This document shows, piece by piece, positions 63,584 to 64,000 of a stretch of DNA of 64,000 nt; position 1 is the stretch's first letter; each line of letters opens with the position of its first letter. Source of the DNA: Bacteroidia bacterium (GTDB taxonomy: Bacteria; Bacteroidota; Bacteroidia; J057); NCBI GenBank assembly GCA_045106685.1, contig JBGCFB010000148.1:518-64517 (forward strand). Direction: 5' to 3'. The notes beneath the pieces are model-generated. The model saw only the letters and a list, made by a program, of their open reading frames with translations, searched no databases and had not been told where the DNA came from. The translations under genes and the position numbers were made by a program.

Positions 63584-63668
63584 TTATTAGATCATTCAAT
63601 CATTAGGCATTTTTCATGGCAAAGGACTAATGACCAAATGAACCATGATTAATTAACACTACAATTAA

Positions 63669-64000
63669 ATGAAGTCCTTAATCAAATTAAAAGACCTTGA
63701 GTTTGTGCCTATGATCAGCGAAGCGGAGCTTGCTGAGAAGGTGAAAGAGGTCGGTGCGGCTATAAGCGAAGCTTATCAGGGCGAAGAAATTTTGATGATG
63801 CCTATCCTAAAAGGCTCGTTCGTTTTTGCTGCTGACCTCGCGCGTGTTGTCACAGTCAAACAGCAATTTCGATTTGTATTATTGAGCACCTATGGCGATG
63901 ATACTACTTCAAGTGGTTCTGTGAAAAAAGTCCAGGGCCTTGAAGGTGTCGATCTTAAAGGCAAGCATGTTTTGATTATAGAAGATATCGTTGATACAGG
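63669..64000 (+). CDS. hpt: Hypoxanthine phosphoribosyltransferase (3' end beyond the window)
   Basis: My translation from ATG 63669 is MKSLIKLKDLEFVPMISEAELAEKVKEVG...PILKGSFVFAADLAR...GKHVLIIEDIVDTG, which ends in the PRPP-binding motif. Confidence 0.9.
   Translation, partial: MKSLIKLKDLEFVPMISEAELAEKVKEVGAAISEAYQGEEILMMPILKGSFVFAADLARVVTVKQQFRFVLLSTYGDDTTSSGSVKKVQGLEGVDLKGKHVLIIEDIVDT

Noticed and set aside
1-64000. tRNA, rRNA, tmRNA, RNase P and SRP RNA genes
   Set aside because: I scanned the longer non-coding spacers by eye for T-arm-like GGTTCRANNCC boxes and other hallmark motifs and found none. This check is weak, and tRNAscan or Infernal should be run.

Overview
This is a 64-kb chromosomal window that reads as Bacteroidota. 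Three proteins end in T9SS type-A C-terminal sorting domains, and there are SprB-type repeats, TAnnTTTG -7 promoter boxes and a CxxxY-type CcmE. I support about 47 protein genes. Most are housekeeping: gltA, thyA, trxA, htrA-like, ispD, queA, rpsA, tgt, ccmCDEF, suhB-like, purC and hpt, plus a CotH/DUF4956 pair, an ECF sigma/anti-sigma pair, two GNATs and several lipoproteins. By eye I found no rRNA, tRNA, CRISPR array, transposase or integrase. The accessory part is 22.5-41.7 kb and holds three consecutive secreted-protein genes, each preceded by the same ~45-60 nt upstream element. The first is a 4013-aa modular adhesin ending in a dockerin-like pair. The second is an ~1811-aa GloVer-repeat protein with a Gly4Pro9 tract. 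The third is a 362-aa T9SS-CTD protein. This locus is my best candidate for an undescribed system: a co-regulated surface assembly, possibly tethered in a cohesin/dockerin-like way. The intergenic DNA is also unusual. It contains heptanucleotide-periodic tandem arrays that start at or within stop codons. It also contains a strongly over-represented decamer (ATCAGCTAAT), two palindromic REP/MITE-like families and a nested palindrome flanked by 49-bp direct repeats. All family calls rest on motif recognition by eye and no searches were run. Coordinates of CDS starts that I moved from the ORF track are explained per feature.
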